64,000 nt of DNA from an uncultured Actinomycetes bacterium. GTDB taxonomy: Bacteria > Actinomycetota > Acidimicrobiia > Acidimicrobiales > JACCXE01. Position numbers and translations under genes: made by a program. Under the pieces are notes generated by a model that saw nothing but the letters and a program-made list of their open reading frames with translations, made no database searches and was not told where the DNA came from. The DNA lies in NCBI GenBank assembly GCA_963769985.1, contig CAVYNR010000012.1:162135-226134 (forward strand), read 5' to 3'. Shown here piece by piece: positions 47,183-61,396 of the stretch (position 1 is its first letter; every line of letters begins with the position of its first letter).

Positions 47183-48151
47183 TTACCTCTTCTTCTTAGA
47201 CCGTTTGCGTTTTTGCCCCGGTCGGCCCGGTGGGGTGACGCGGCCGCTCGACGTGGGCTTGGACGGTTGCGAGCCCGCGCTCGGCTTCGCGTTGCTGGCT
47301 GATTTGCCGTTCGACCCATTCGTGCCGGTAGCACTGCCGCCGGCTAGGCCGCGGAGCCCCTCCATGAACGACGGCTTCGGCTGGGGGTTCTCGGCCGCCC
47401 GACTGCGGACCTCCCGGGTCTCCACCAAATGGGCCTTGAGGTTCGGGTCAAAGCGGTACATCAGGGCTTGCTGGCTGATGCGGAACAGGTTCGACACGAC
47501 GAAATACACCGTGACGCCACCGGGCAGTGTGAGTGAGATGAAGCCCGAAAACAGCGGCATGATCTTGGTCAGCATTTGCGCCTGCGGGTTGATCTGTTGG
47601 GCGTTGCTGTTACGCGACTGCATTTGGCGCACTTGGTAGTAGCCGGTGGCCACGACGAGGCCGATGAGCAGGTACAACACCACCGCGCCGCGCCCGGCCT
47701 GGCTAGGCGTAGCCGCGAAATCCACCCCGAACGACACCATCTTGCCGCCGCTTTCGCGCAGCGCCTCGTAGAGCGCCGAGTCGTGACTCAGGTACTTCGG
47801 CGTGGCGACGCCGTCCTTCGTTTTCACGAGTCCGTTGATCACCTGGAACATCACGAACAGCACCGGGAGCTGGGCAATCATGGGCAGACAGCCGGCTAGC
47901 GGGTTGATCTTGTGTTCCTTGTAAAACGCCATCATCGCTTCGTTGGCGGCCTGGCGATCGCCCTTGTGCAGATCTTGGAGCCGCTTCATTTCCGGCTGGA
48001 GCTTCTGCATTGCCAGCATGCTGCGCGTGCCCTTGAGCGTGATCGGTGTGAGCACCAGCATCACCGTCAGGGTGAGCATGGCGATGGCGAAGACGTAGTT
48101 GGGGATTAAGTCGTAGAAGAAGCTGAGGATGCCGGCCAAGAGGCTGAACAC
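47183..48151 (-). CDS. yidC: membrane protein insertase YidC
   Basis: LTPITLKGTRSMLAMQKLQPEMKRLQDLHKGDRQAANEAMMAFYKEHKINPLAGCLPMIAQLPVLFVMF. Basic C-terminal tail. Confidence 0.9.
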   Translation of the reverse strand: MFSLLAGILSFFYDLIPNYVFAIAMLTLTVMLVLTPITLKGTRSMLAMQKLQPEMKRLQDLHKGDRQAANEAMMAFYKEHKINPLAGCLPMIAQLPVLFVMFQVINGLVKTKDGVATPKYLSHDSALYEALRESGGKMVSFGVDFAATPSQAGRGAVVLYLLIGLVVATGYYQVRQMQSRNSNAQQINPQAQMLTKIMPLFSGFISLTLPGGVTVYFVVSNLFRISQQALMYRFDPNLKAHLVETREVRSRAAENPQPKPSFMEGLRGLAGGSATGTNGSNGKSASNAKPSAGSQPSKPTSSGRVTPPGRPGQKRKRSKKKR

Positions 48152-48160
48152 AGATGTTCC

Positions 48161-48397
48161 TTACGCGTGGGGGTGATGGTGCTCGGGGACAGGGTCAAAG
48201 CCGAAGCCGCCCCAGGGATGACAGCGTCCGAGGCGGCGCAGCGTCAGCCACGTGCCGCGGGCGGCGCCGTGGAGTTCGAGGGCCTCGAGGGCATAGGACG
48301 AGCAGCTCGGCTGGTAACGACAGCGCGGCGGGCGACCTTCGCTGAGGTGGCGATACGCGCGGACGACGGCGTGGAGCGGGCGGGCGAAGCGGCTCAT
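48161..48397 (-). CDS. yidD: membrane protein insertion efficiency factor YidD
   Basis: Last 78 codons of ORF 48161..48943. [68 protein letters not shown]-type overlap with rnpA. Confidence 0.85.
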   Translation of the reverse strand: MSRFARPLHAVVRAYRHLSEGRPPRCRYQPSCSSYALEALELHGAARGTWLTLRRLGRCHPWGGFGFDPVPEHHHPHA

Positions 48398-48714
48398 AGG
48401 GCTGCGGCCGCCGATTCGAGCGACGCCACCAGCGAGGCGAACGGCACGGTCGCGGCGGTGGCGTCGGCCGAAATCACATAGAAACCGCTGGTCAAGGGCA
48501 TATTCGCGGTGGCGACGGCGGCGCGCAGGCGGCGCTTCACCCGGTTGCGGACCACGGCTGTGCCCAGCGTGCGGCCGATGGCGTAGCCCACCAGCGGCCC
48601 TTCCACGGGCGCGGCACAAAAACGGACCCTGACTGGGCCATTGCGGACGGTGCGACCTTGCGCAGAAAGTGCGGCAAACGTGCGACGTCCCCGGAGCCGA
48701 CCGATGGTCGTCAC
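48394..48714 (-). CDS. rnpA: ribonuclease P protein component
   Basis: 106 aa. ...[25 protein letters not shown]... (RNR motif). Position between rpmH and yidD. Confidence 0.85.
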   Translation of the reverse strand: MTTIGRLRGRRTFAALSAQGRTVRNGPVRVRFCAAPVEGPLVGYAIGRTLGTAVVRNRVKRRLRAAVATANMPLTSGFYVISADATAATVPFASLVASLESAAAAL

Positions 48715-48732
48715 GGGTCGAAGAGCCGCTAG

Positions 48733-48867
48733 TTAGGCCGACAGCTTTGTGCGGCCCTTGCGACGCCGCGCCGAGAGGATCGCGCGGCCAGCCCGCGTGG
48801 ACATCCGGTGACGAAAACCGTGGCGCTTGGCGCGCTTTTGAGCATTGGGTTGGTAGGGCCGCTTCAT
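48733..48867 (-). CDS. rpmH: 50S ribosomal protein L34 (44 aa, below the ORF-track cutoff)
   Basis: Minus strand reads [44 protein letters not shown]-stop. ATG at 48867-48865. Confidence 0.95.
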   Translation of the reverse strand: MKRPYQPNAQKRAKRHGFRHRMSTRAGRAILSARRRKGRTKLSA

Positions 48868-49058
48868 GCTGAAATCCTTGCCTGGGAGAGTTCGTTACCT
48901 GCGCGACGGGCCGCTCGACGCTTGACAGACGGGGCCCATCCAACGCGACAGTCCATAGAGGCTACGCCGCGTCAGGCCGCGATGCCAGCCGAGGCCACAT
49001 TTCCGCCCAAAAAAGAGTGTTTTTCCTGGTCAGGGACATCTTTAGGTCTTAGCGCATA

Positions 49059-49241
49059 CCTGTGGATGACGGTGCTACGGTCGCTCTTTCCAGAAGCGTC
49101 GCCGGTAGCCCAACGACGCCCCCAGATCTGCCGTTCACACGAACAGCCCTCCTTCCCCTAGGGCCGGCGCAGCACCACCGGGGGAACCCTGCGGGTTGAC
49201 GTATTGGCGTTATCCACAGGTGTGGAGAGAAGTGTGGAGAA
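49059..49241. promoter_or_regulatory. DnaA-box cluster in the rpmH-dnaA spacer and at the dnaA 5' end
   Basis: CCTGTGGATGAC (49059-49070), perfect TTATCCACA (49210-49218), TGTGGAGAG (49221-49229), TGTGGAGAA (49233-49241). A/T-rich stretch CCAAAAAAGAGTGTTTTTCC at ~49007-49027. Confidence 0.6.
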
Positions 49242-50652
49242 CCATAAGCTCGGGGAGGCGGAACGGCTGGTGACAGACGCAGAACGGTTGTGGAAGGCGT
49301 GCTCCGATGTCTTGCGTGGACAGTTGTCCGACGCGGCATGGATGGCGTGGTTTGAGGGACTTGTCCCCATAGCGAGCGACGAGCTCACGCTCACGTTGGC
49401 GAGCCCCAGTTCGGTGGTGAAACAGCGCCTCGAGGAGCGGTTCCAAAACGAACTCGATGCTGCTGTCACCGAAGCAACCGGTGCGCCGACCAAAGTCGTG
49501 ATCGAGGTGCGCGCCAACATGCCGAGCGCGGGGGGCCGAACCGATCGACCAGAGTCGGAGGCGGCGGCAACGTTCGAAACCGTCGACCTGCCGATCCCCC
49601 CGCCACCACCTCGACACGGTGAACCGCTGCGGCTTGATCCCGAGTTCACCTTCGACGCATTCGTCATCGGTGAGTCGAACAGCTTTGCCCACGCCGCGGC
49701 TCGCGCCGTCGCCGAAAACCCGGGCCGGGCTTACAACCCGTTGTTCGTCTACGGCGAGTCGGGCCTTGGCAAGACCCACTTGTTGCACGCCATCGGCAAC
49801 TACGTGCGGCAGAACTTCCCGCACCGCCACGTGCGTTACGTCACGACCGAGACGTTCATGAACGAGTTCGTCGACGCCATCCGTACCAACACCACGATCG
49901 CGTTCAAGCGCCGCTACCGCGAGAGCGACGTGTTGCTCATCGACGACATCCAGTTCATCGAGAGCAAGGAAGGGCTCCAGGAGGAGTTCTTCCACACCTT
50001 CAACGACCTCACCGGCGCCCGCAAGCAGGTGGTAATCACCTCCGACCGTCCGCCGAAGGACATCCCGACGTTGGAAGATCGTCTCCGGAGCAGGTTCGCG
50101 GCCGGCCTTCTCACCGACGTCCAGCCGCCGCAGCTCGAGACCCGGCTCGCCATCCTTCGCCGCAAGGCGGAGAACGACCCGATGGAGATCCCGCCGGAAG
50201 TCCTCGAGCTCATCGCCACCCACGTGAAGGACAACATCCGCGAACTCGAGGGCGCACTCACGCGTGTCGTGGCCTACGCCAGTCTCAACCGGCAGGCGAT
50301 CACCCTCGAACTGGCCGAGCAGCTGCTCATCGACATCATCTCCGGCGACCAGCCGCGCCAAATCACACCGAAGGCGATCCTTGACGCTACCGCCGAGACG
50401 TTCGGCTTCAGTGTCGACGACCTGTGCGGCCAGAGCCGCCGGCGGCCACTCGTCATCGCGCGCCAGGTCGGCATGTACGTGTTCCGCGACATCACCGATT
50501 TCTCATATCCCGCCATCGCCAAGGAATTCGGCGGGCGCGATCACACCACCGTCATTCACGCCGTGTCCAAGATCGAGGGTCTGATGAAGGAACGTCGGCA
50601 GATCTACGACCAGGTGACCGGCCTGATCACCAAGATCAAGAGCGGGGGATGA
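49204..50652 (+). CDS. dnaA: chromosomal replication initiator protein DnaA
   Basis: FTFDAFVIGESNSFAHAAARAVAE, YGESGLGKTHLLHAIGN (Walker A), LLIDDIQF, SNIRELEGAL, C-terminal DHTTVIHAVSKI. True start uncertain (TTG 49204, GTG 49234 or a GTG near 49270). Confidence 0.95.
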   Translation: MALSTGVERSVENHKLGEAERLVTDAERLWKACSDVLRGQLSDAAWMAWFEGLVPIASDELTLTLASPSSVVKQRLEERFQNELDAAVTEATGAPTKVVIEVRANMPSAGGRTDRPESEAAATFETVDLPIPPPPPRHGEPLRLDPEFTFDAFVIGESNSFAHAAARAVAENPGRAYNPLFVYGESGLGKTHLLHAIGNYVRQNFPHRHVRYVTTETFMNEFVDAIRTNTTIAFKRRYRESDVLLIDDIQFIESKEGLQEEFFHTFNDLTGARKQVVITSDRPPKDIPTLEDRLRSRFAAGLLTDVQPPQLETRLAILRRKAENDPMEIPPEVLELIATHVKDNIRELEGALTRVVAYASLNRQAITLELAEQLLIDIISGDQPRQITPKAILDATAETFGFSVDDLCGQSRRRPLVIARQVGMYVFRDITDFSYPAIAKEFGGRDHTTVIHAVSKIEGLMKERRQIYDQVTGLITKIKSGG

Positions 50653-50850
50653 CCCCGCGCGGCGTTGTGGATCATGGGGGGTGTCATCCCCAGTAATTCA
50701 CGCCGGTCCCGTTCGGTGTCACACCGCTGTGTGATTCTGGGGACGACACGCCGCGAACATTTCCCCGGTTGACCTGCTCGAACGAGGTGTTGTGCACAAT
50801 CCACAGCACCTACTACTGCTACTGAATTTGAAACTAACTAACTAGTTGGA
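50645..50850. promoter_or_regulatory. dnaA-dnaN spacer: hairpin over the dnaA stop, two DnaA-box-like sites and an A/T-rich tract (oriC candidate)
   Basis: GGGGATGAC (50645-50653) pairs with GTCATCCCC (50683-50691), with TGTGGATCA (50666-50674) in the loop region. CAATCCACA at 50797-50805. A/T-rich TACTACTGCTACTGAATTTGAAACTAACTAACTAGTTGGA at 50811-50850. Confidence 0.5.
50716..50738 (+). promoter_or_regulatory. GTGTCACAC-N8-GATTCT element upstream of dnaN-recF
   Basis: GTGTCACAC (50716-50724), spacer CGCTGTGT, hexamer GATTCT (50733-50738). Contains the palindrome TCACAC-CGCT-GTGTGA (50719-50734). About 120 nt upstream of the dnaN GTG. Confidence 0.45.
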
Positions 50851-50859
50851 GAACCCCCT

Positions 50860-51957
50860 GTGAAGTTTCGCTGCGAAAGGGACGTGCTCGTCGAGGCTCT
50901 GACCTCTGCGAGCCGGGCCACATCCGGTCGGGAACGGCTGCCCGTGTTGGCAGGTGCGCGCCTGGAAGTCACCGGCGACGAACTACGCATCACCGCGACC
51001 GATCTCGACCTCACGATCGAAGTCGTCGCTACGGTCGCGGGCATCGCCGATGGCGTGTCCGTAATTCCAGCCAAGCTCGCGTCAGACATTGTGCGCGCGC
51101 TCGAGCCCGGCGCGGTCACCGTCGAGGCCGACGCTGATCAGGCGAAGATCGCATCAGGTCGTTCGCAATTCGCGGTGCGTGTGCTTCCCGCCGACGAATT
51201 CCCGGCGTCGCCCGCGACGGTCTCAGGTGAGGCCGTCACCGTCGCCGCCGCCGAACTGGCCGACGCGTTGCGCCAGGTGGTGCGCGCCGCGAGCGGCGAC
51301 GAAGCGCGGCCCATCCTCACCGGTGTGTTGTTGGCCGCCACCGCCGACGGCGTGCAACTCGTCGCCACCGACAGCTACCGCTTGGCTGTGCGCGACTTGC
51401 CCGGCCTGCATGTAGTGCGCGGCGAGCAGAAGGTACTCATCCCGTCTCGGGCCCTGGCCGAACTACAACGCGTGCTCGGCGGCGCCGCCGAAGCCTCAGT
51501 GCGGCTCGGCACGACGGAGGCAAGCTTCGAGATCGGTGGCGTGAAGCTCACCACCCGCCTGATCGAGGGCGAGTTCCCCAACGTGTTGAACCTGGTGCCG
51601 CCCAGCTATCCCAACAAGCTCACGGTTAGTCGCGAGGCGCTGCTTGACGCGGTGAAGCGCGTGAAGCTGCTCGTGCGCGACCAAACCACACCGGTGCGCA
51701 TGTCACTGCGCGCCGATGGCGTCGAGGTCACCGTCACCAACCCCGCGGAGGGCACCGCCACCGAAGACGTCGAGGCGAAATACGAAGGCGAGGAGATGGC
51801 CGTCGCGTTCAACCCGCAGTACCTGACCGACGGTATCGAAGCGATTACCGGTGACGAGCTCACCCTGGAAACCACCGACGCGCTGAAGGCCGCCACCATG
51901 CGCGGCGTCGGCGCCGATCACTACCTGTACCTGCTCATGCCAGTGCGGGTGCCGTAA
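50860..51957 (+). CDS. dnaN: DNA polymerase III beta sliding clamp
   Basis: GTG start after GGAGAA. MKFRCERDVLVEALTSASRA..., ...ARPILTGVLL..., LIEGEFPN, ...YLLMPVRV C-terminus. 365 aa. Confidence 0.95.
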   Translation: MKFRCERDVLVEALTSASRATSGRERLPVLAGARLEVTGDELRITATDLDLTIEVVATVAGIADGVSVIPAKLASDIVRALEPGAVTVEADADQAKIASGRSQFAVRVLPADEFPASPATVSGEAVTVAAAELADALRQVVRAASGDEARPILTGVLLAATADGVQLVATDSYRLAVRDLPGLHVVRGEQKVLIPSRALAELQRVLGGAAEASVRLGTTEASFEIGGVKLTTRLIEGEFPNVLNLVPPSYPNKLTVSREALLDAVKRVKLLVRDQTTPVRMSLRADGVEVTVTNPAEGTATEDVEAKYEGEEMAVAFNPQYLTDGIEAITGDELTLETTDALKAATMRGVGADHYLYLLMPVRVP

Positions 51958-51964
51958 ACGGCGC

Positions 51965-53065
51965 GTGCGCGTCAACTGGCTCGCGGTTCAGGACTTTCGT
52001 AGTTACGAGTCCGCTCGTCTCGACCTGGCGCCAGACGGCCTCACCGTGGTGGTGGGTGAGAACGGGCAGGGAAAGACCAACTTGCTCGAAGCGCTCGGTT
52101 GGTTGGCGACGCTGGCGTCATTCCGAGGTGCGCCCAACGACGCGCTCGTGCGCCAGGGCGCGGCGTCGGCGTTTATCCGAGCAGAAGCCGACCGTGAGGG
52201 CCGGCGCCTTACCCTCGAAGCCGAGGTGCCCCAGCACGGTGCGCCCCGCGTATTGGTGAACGGCCAAGCGCTGCGACGCAGCCGCGACCTTCTCGGCGCG
52301 GTGCGGGTGAGCGTGTTCAGCCCCGACGACCTCGCGCTGATCAAATCCGGTCCGTCCCAGCGCCGGCAACTCCTCGACGACGCGCTGGTCGCCCTGCATC
52401 CCGAGCACGCGGACACAATCACCTCGGTCGACCGTGTGCTTCGCCAACGCGGCGCGCTCCTGCGCCAAGCGGGCGGCAAAGCCACGCCGGAGGTGGTGGC
52501 CACGCTCGACGTGTGGGACGCCAAGCTCGCCGAGCACGGGGCGACGCTCGTCGTGGCCCGGCGCGAGTTGGCGGCCCGTCTCGAGCCGCTCACGGCAAAG
52601 GCGTACGCGTCGGTCGCGGCCGGCGCGGCCACGATCGGGCTCCGCTACGTCGCGTCGTGGACCAATCCCAACGATCTCGACGAACGCGCCGCGTTGCACG
52701 CCGCGCTCACCGCCGTGCGGGCTGATGACCTGCGCCGTGGGGTTACAACGCTCGGGCCCCACCGCGATGAACTCGAACTACACGTCGGAACGCTCCCGGC
52801 GCGCACGCACGCGTCGCAAGGCGAGCAGCGTTCGCTGGCATTGGCACTACGGCTGGCGGTGCACGCGGCCGTCACGGAGGCCACGGGTGCGGCTCCGGTG
52901 CTGTTGCTCGACGACGTGTTCTCCGAGCTCGATCCGCACCGATCAGCGGCGTTGCTCGCCAGCCTGCCCGCCGGCCAAGCGGTGTTGACGACCGCCGGTC
53001 CGCTGCCCGCGGGCGCGGTGCCCGCGTCTACCGTGCACATCGAAGGCGGCCGGATAGCGGAATGA
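51965..53065 (+). CDS. recF: DNA replication and repair protein RecF
   Basis: FRSYESARLDLAPDGLTVVVGENGQGKTNLLEA (Walker A), SQGEQRSLALALRLA (signature), VLLLDDVFSELD (Walker B). Confidence 0.95.
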   Translation: MRVNWLAVQDFRSYESARLDLAPDGLTVVVGENGQGKTNLLEALGWLATLASFRGAPNDALVRQGAASAFIRAEADREGRRLTLEAEVPQHGAPRVLVNGQALRRSRDLLGAVRVSVFSPDDLALIKSGPSQRRQLLDDALVALHPEHADTITSVDRVLRQRGALLRQAGGKATPEVVATLDVWDAKLAEHGATLVVARRELAARLEPLTAKAYASVAAGAATIGLRYVASWTNPNDLDERAALHAALTAVRADDLRRGVTTLGPHRDELELHVGTLPARTHASQGEQRSLALALRLAVHAAVTEATGAAPVLLLDDVFSELDPHRSAALLASLPAGQAVLTTAGPLPAGAVPASTVHIEGGRIAE

Positions 53066-53133
53066 CCGATTTTTCGCCCATCGACTTCGCGCCCGGTTGC
53101 GCCTAGGTTCGCCCCGGACGTTTTGGAGGGTTC

Positions 53134-54045
53134 GTGAAGTTGCTTCGTTTCAACAATTGGACACGCGGTGTGGTTGGTGTCGTCGCGGGTATCGCGCTGT
53201 TCACCGGCGCTACCGTGATGCAGGCCGACGCCTTACCCGGTGGTCAGGTGCAAGCCCAGGCGGCGGCGCTCACGGTCAGTCCCCGCGCCACGAACCTGTC
53301 CGACCCACAAAATCTGCTGGTGTCGGGATCAGGGTGGGCTCCGAACGCCAGCATCCTGATCGGCCAGTGCAAGGCGGCGCCGACTCTGTTCGGGGGCGGC
53401 ACCTGCGATTCGAATAGCGACGTCACGGTCACGTCCAATGCCTCCGGGTCGTTCAGCAACGTCCCGCTCACGGTCCGCGCCGCGTTTGTCGGCTCCGTGA
53501 TCAATCCGCGGACGTCGAGCACGACCTCGCTGGCCAACGTCAACTGCCGTTCGACGAAATGCGGCGTGTACGGCATCTGGATCAACCAGGCGAACCAGCT
53601 GTCGAGCGTGATCAAGGGCGTCACGATCAGCTTCGCCCCCGCCGGTTCGAGCACCACGTCATCGTCGTCGACCTCGACCTCGTCCACCTCCACCTCGTCA
53701 ACGACCTCGTCAACGACCTCGTCGACGACCTCCTCAACGACTTCGACATCGACGACCTCGACGACGCTGCAGTCGACCACCACGACGGCGCCCCGAGTCG
53801 GTCTGCTGTGCCGGTTGCGGCCGCAGAGTTGCCAGTCGGCGCGGCTGAACGCGTTGCCCACCGCACCCGCTGCGGCGCCGGTCGTGTTGCAACCGACCTA
53901 CACCGTGGCGCCAGGCGACAACTTGTTCTCGATCGCGCAGCGCCTGTTGGGCGACGGCAGCGCCTATCAAGAGTTGGCGGCGGCGAATCACATCGCGAAT
54001 CCGAGCTTGATCCACCCCGGCCAAGTCCTCGTTCTCCCGACCTAA
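53134..54045 (+). CDS. secreted protein: neocarzinostatin-like Ig-fold domain + Ser/Thr linker + C-terminal LysM
   Basis: Signal-like VVGVVAGIALFTGATVMQADA. LTVSPRATNLSDPQNLLVSGSGWAPNASILIGQCKAAP...C...VNCRSTKCGV follows the neocarzinostatin-family pattern. LysM YTVAPGDNLFSIAQRLLGDGSAYQELAAANHIANPSLIHPGQVLVLP. Confidence 0.7.
   Translation: MKLLRFNNWTRGVVGVVAGIALFTGATVMQADALPGGQVQAQAAALTVSPRATNLSDPQNLLVSGSGWAPNASILIGQCKAAPTLFGGGTCDSNSDVTVTSNASGSFSNVPLTVRAAFVGSVINPRTSSTTSLANVNCRSTKCGVYGIWINQANQLSSVIKGVTISFAPAGSSTTSSSSTSTSSTSTSSTTSSTTSSTTSSTTSTSTTSTTLQSTTTTAPRVGLLCRLRPQSCQSARLNALPTAPAAAPVVLQPTYTVAPGDNLFSIAQRLLGDGSAYQELAAANHIANPSLIHPGQVLVLPT
53648..53790 (+). repeat. Ser/Thr-coding low-complexity tandem repeat
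   Basis: Reiterated tcgtcaacgacc / tcgtcgacgacc 12-nt units encoding SSTT-type linker (STTSSSSTSTSSTSTSSTTSSTTSSTTSSTTSTSTTSTT). Confidence 0.8.
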
Positions 54046-54055
54046 GAGTCACCCG

Positions 54056-54394
54056 GTGCCGTGGCGGTCGCTGCCAGAGCGCAACGAGGACCGTGACCCG
54101 GCGTGCCTCGGACCGTCGCTCGACAAGGTGGCCAAGCGCCTCGGCGCGCCCACGGCGGCGGCGCTAAGCGGGCTCTTCGACCGCTGGGAGGAGTTGGTCG
54201 GCGCCAGCATCGCCGCGCACGCGAAACCCATCTCGCTGCGCCGCGGCCACCTGTTGGTGGAGGTCGATTCGAACGCCTGGGCGACCGAACTGCGGTTCAT
54301 GACCGGCGATCTGGTGGAGCGTTGCTGCGCGGTTTTGGGCGCCGACGCGGTGCGCAAAATCGACTTGCGGGTGGGGCGGCACAAAGCCCGCTGA
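54056..54394 (+). CDS. DUF721 protein (DciA-type, position of mycobacterial Rv0004 between recF and gyrB)
   Basis: 112 aa. ...WEELVGASIAAHAKPISLRRGHLLVEVDSNAWATELRFMTGDLVERC... is the DUF721 core pattern. Confidence 0.75.
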   Translation: MPWRSLPERNEDRDPACLGPSLDKVAKRLGAPTAAALSGLFDRWEELVGASIAAHAKPISLRRGHLLVEVDSNAWATELRFMTGDLVERCCAVLGADAVRKIDLRVGRHKAR

Positions 54395-54476
54395 AATCCG
54401 CGGTGAAACGGCCGGAGACGCCCCACTCGTCTGGTAAACTTACGTCATTGCAATTCGGCATTTACTACGCCTCTGA

Positions 54477-60337
<5,861 letters not shown>

Positions 60338-60356
60338 TTCGTTTTGGAGGTGCGGG

Positions 60357-60891
60357 ATGGTCCCTGTGTGGTTCAAGGCGCGCGAACGCGGGCAGGTCGT
60401 GCCGTTGCTCGCCGCGTTGGTCGTGTTCGCCGGCCTGTCGATGCTGGCGCTCGCTCACCTGGGTGGTGGCGCGGTCGACCGCGCCCAAGCGCGTCGGGCC
60501 GCCGACGCGGCCGCGCTGGCTGGTGCTGCCGACGGGCGTGCCGCGGCCGACGGGGTAGCGCGGGCCAACGGCGGCGTCATCAGCCGATACGACGAGTCGG
60601 GCCGCGAGGCCGAAGCCGTCGTGCGATTGGGCGATGCCCGAGCGGTCGCACGTGCCCGGCGCGACGGTGGGGGAGGAGTAGGTACGGGCGCCGGCGACCC
60701 GTCACCGGCACTACGCGCCGCCCTCGCGCGCGCCGCGCAATTGCTCGGTCACGCGCCGGCGGTCGTGCGCGGCATGGGGTCACACCGTCGAGTTCACGTC
60801 GACCGGATTCGCCGAAATCGCGCCGCGGGCCACCGAGGCGGGACTGTGTCCGACCGGCGAAAACCGCATGAGGGTGTGCGGCGCGGATTGA
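60357..60891 (+). pseudogene. TadE-like pseudopilin-type protein, probable frame change
   Basis: ATG 60357 after GGAGG. MVPVWFKARERGQVVPLLAALVVFAGLSMLALAHLGGGAVDRAQARRAADAAALAGAADG resembles TadE-like proteins. After ~60778 the better reading is GHTVEFTSTGFAEIAPRATEAGLCPTGENRMRVCGAD-stop (60889-60891). Confidence 0.55.
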
Positions 60892-60907
60892 TTAGTACCC
60901 TCCCCGC

Positions 60908-61261
60908 ATGCCCGAGGCCCGTGAGCTCACGGTGCGATCGATCAACGTGCGCAGCGTCGTGCGCGTTTCGGTTGTGCTCTTCGCGTGTCTGTGGTTCGTG
61001 TTCGTCGTCGCGTGGGCGATCCTGTGGGCCGTCGCCGGCATTCTCGGGGTGACCACCAACGTCGAGGACTTCATCGCCAAGCTCTTCGCACTCGACTCGT
61101 TCCACTTCTCGTTGATCGCGCAAGCCATTGCCATGGTTGTCGGCGGTGTCGTCCTCGTCGGCATTGGCACCGGAGCGAACGCGCTCTTGTCGATCTTCTA
61201 CAACCTCATCACCGAGCTAGTCGGCGGGGTGCAGATCGACGTCGAGGACGACGCCCGCTAA
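60908..61261 (+). CDS. DUF3566-like membrane protein (position of Rv0007 downstream of gyrA)
   Basis: RELTVRSINVRSVVRVSVVLFACLWFVFVVAWAILWAVAGILG...LSIFYNLITELVGGVQIDVEDD. 117 aa. Confidence 0.7.
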   Translation: MPEARELTVRSINVRSVVRVSVVLFACLWFVFVVAWAILWAVAGILGVTTNVEDFIAKLFALDSFHFSLIAQAIAMVVGGVVLVGIGTGANALLSIFYNLITELVGGVQIDVEDDAR

Positions 61262-61288
61262 ATTCCACCGTCCCGCAACGCGGTTACG

Positions 61289-61365
61289 GGGGCTATAGCT
61301 CAGCTGGTTAGAGCGCAGCACTGATAATGCTGAGGTCCCTGGTTCGATTCCAGGTAGCCCCACCA
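61289..61365 (+). tRNA. tRNA-Ile (anticodon GAT)
   Basis: GGGGCTA acceptor pairs with TAGCCCC, then A + CCA. D-arm AGCTCAGCTGGTTAGAGC. Anticodon stem CAGCA/TGCTG with loop CTGATAA. T-arm GGTTCGATTCC. 77 nt. Confidence 0.95.
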
Positions 61366-61396
61366 CCGCAAACATCCAGTCTCGAACCCGCGCCGG

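Noticed and set aside
48161-48943. 260-aa minus-strand ORF covering yidD, rnpA and rpmH
   Set aside because: Only the last 78 codons (from MSRFARP, 48397) are YidD. Upstream it overlaps rnpA and rpmH in the wrong frame.
49210-50361. 383-aa minus-strand ORF
   Set aside because: It is antisense to dnaA, whose frame carries all the DnaA motifs. It is a shadow ORF. The same reasoning applies to 6931..7671 (antisense to dnaB), 57887..58831 and 59060..59920 (antisense to gyrA), 25413..26411 (antisense to phoD) and 28442..29380 (antisense to the desulfhydrase-like gene).
61366-61396. Expected tRNA-Ala following tRNA-Ile, as in the mycobacterial gyrA-downstream region
   Set aside because: No cloverleaf-compatible sequence follows tRNA-Ile. 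The next feature is the 3' end of a minus-strand CDS.
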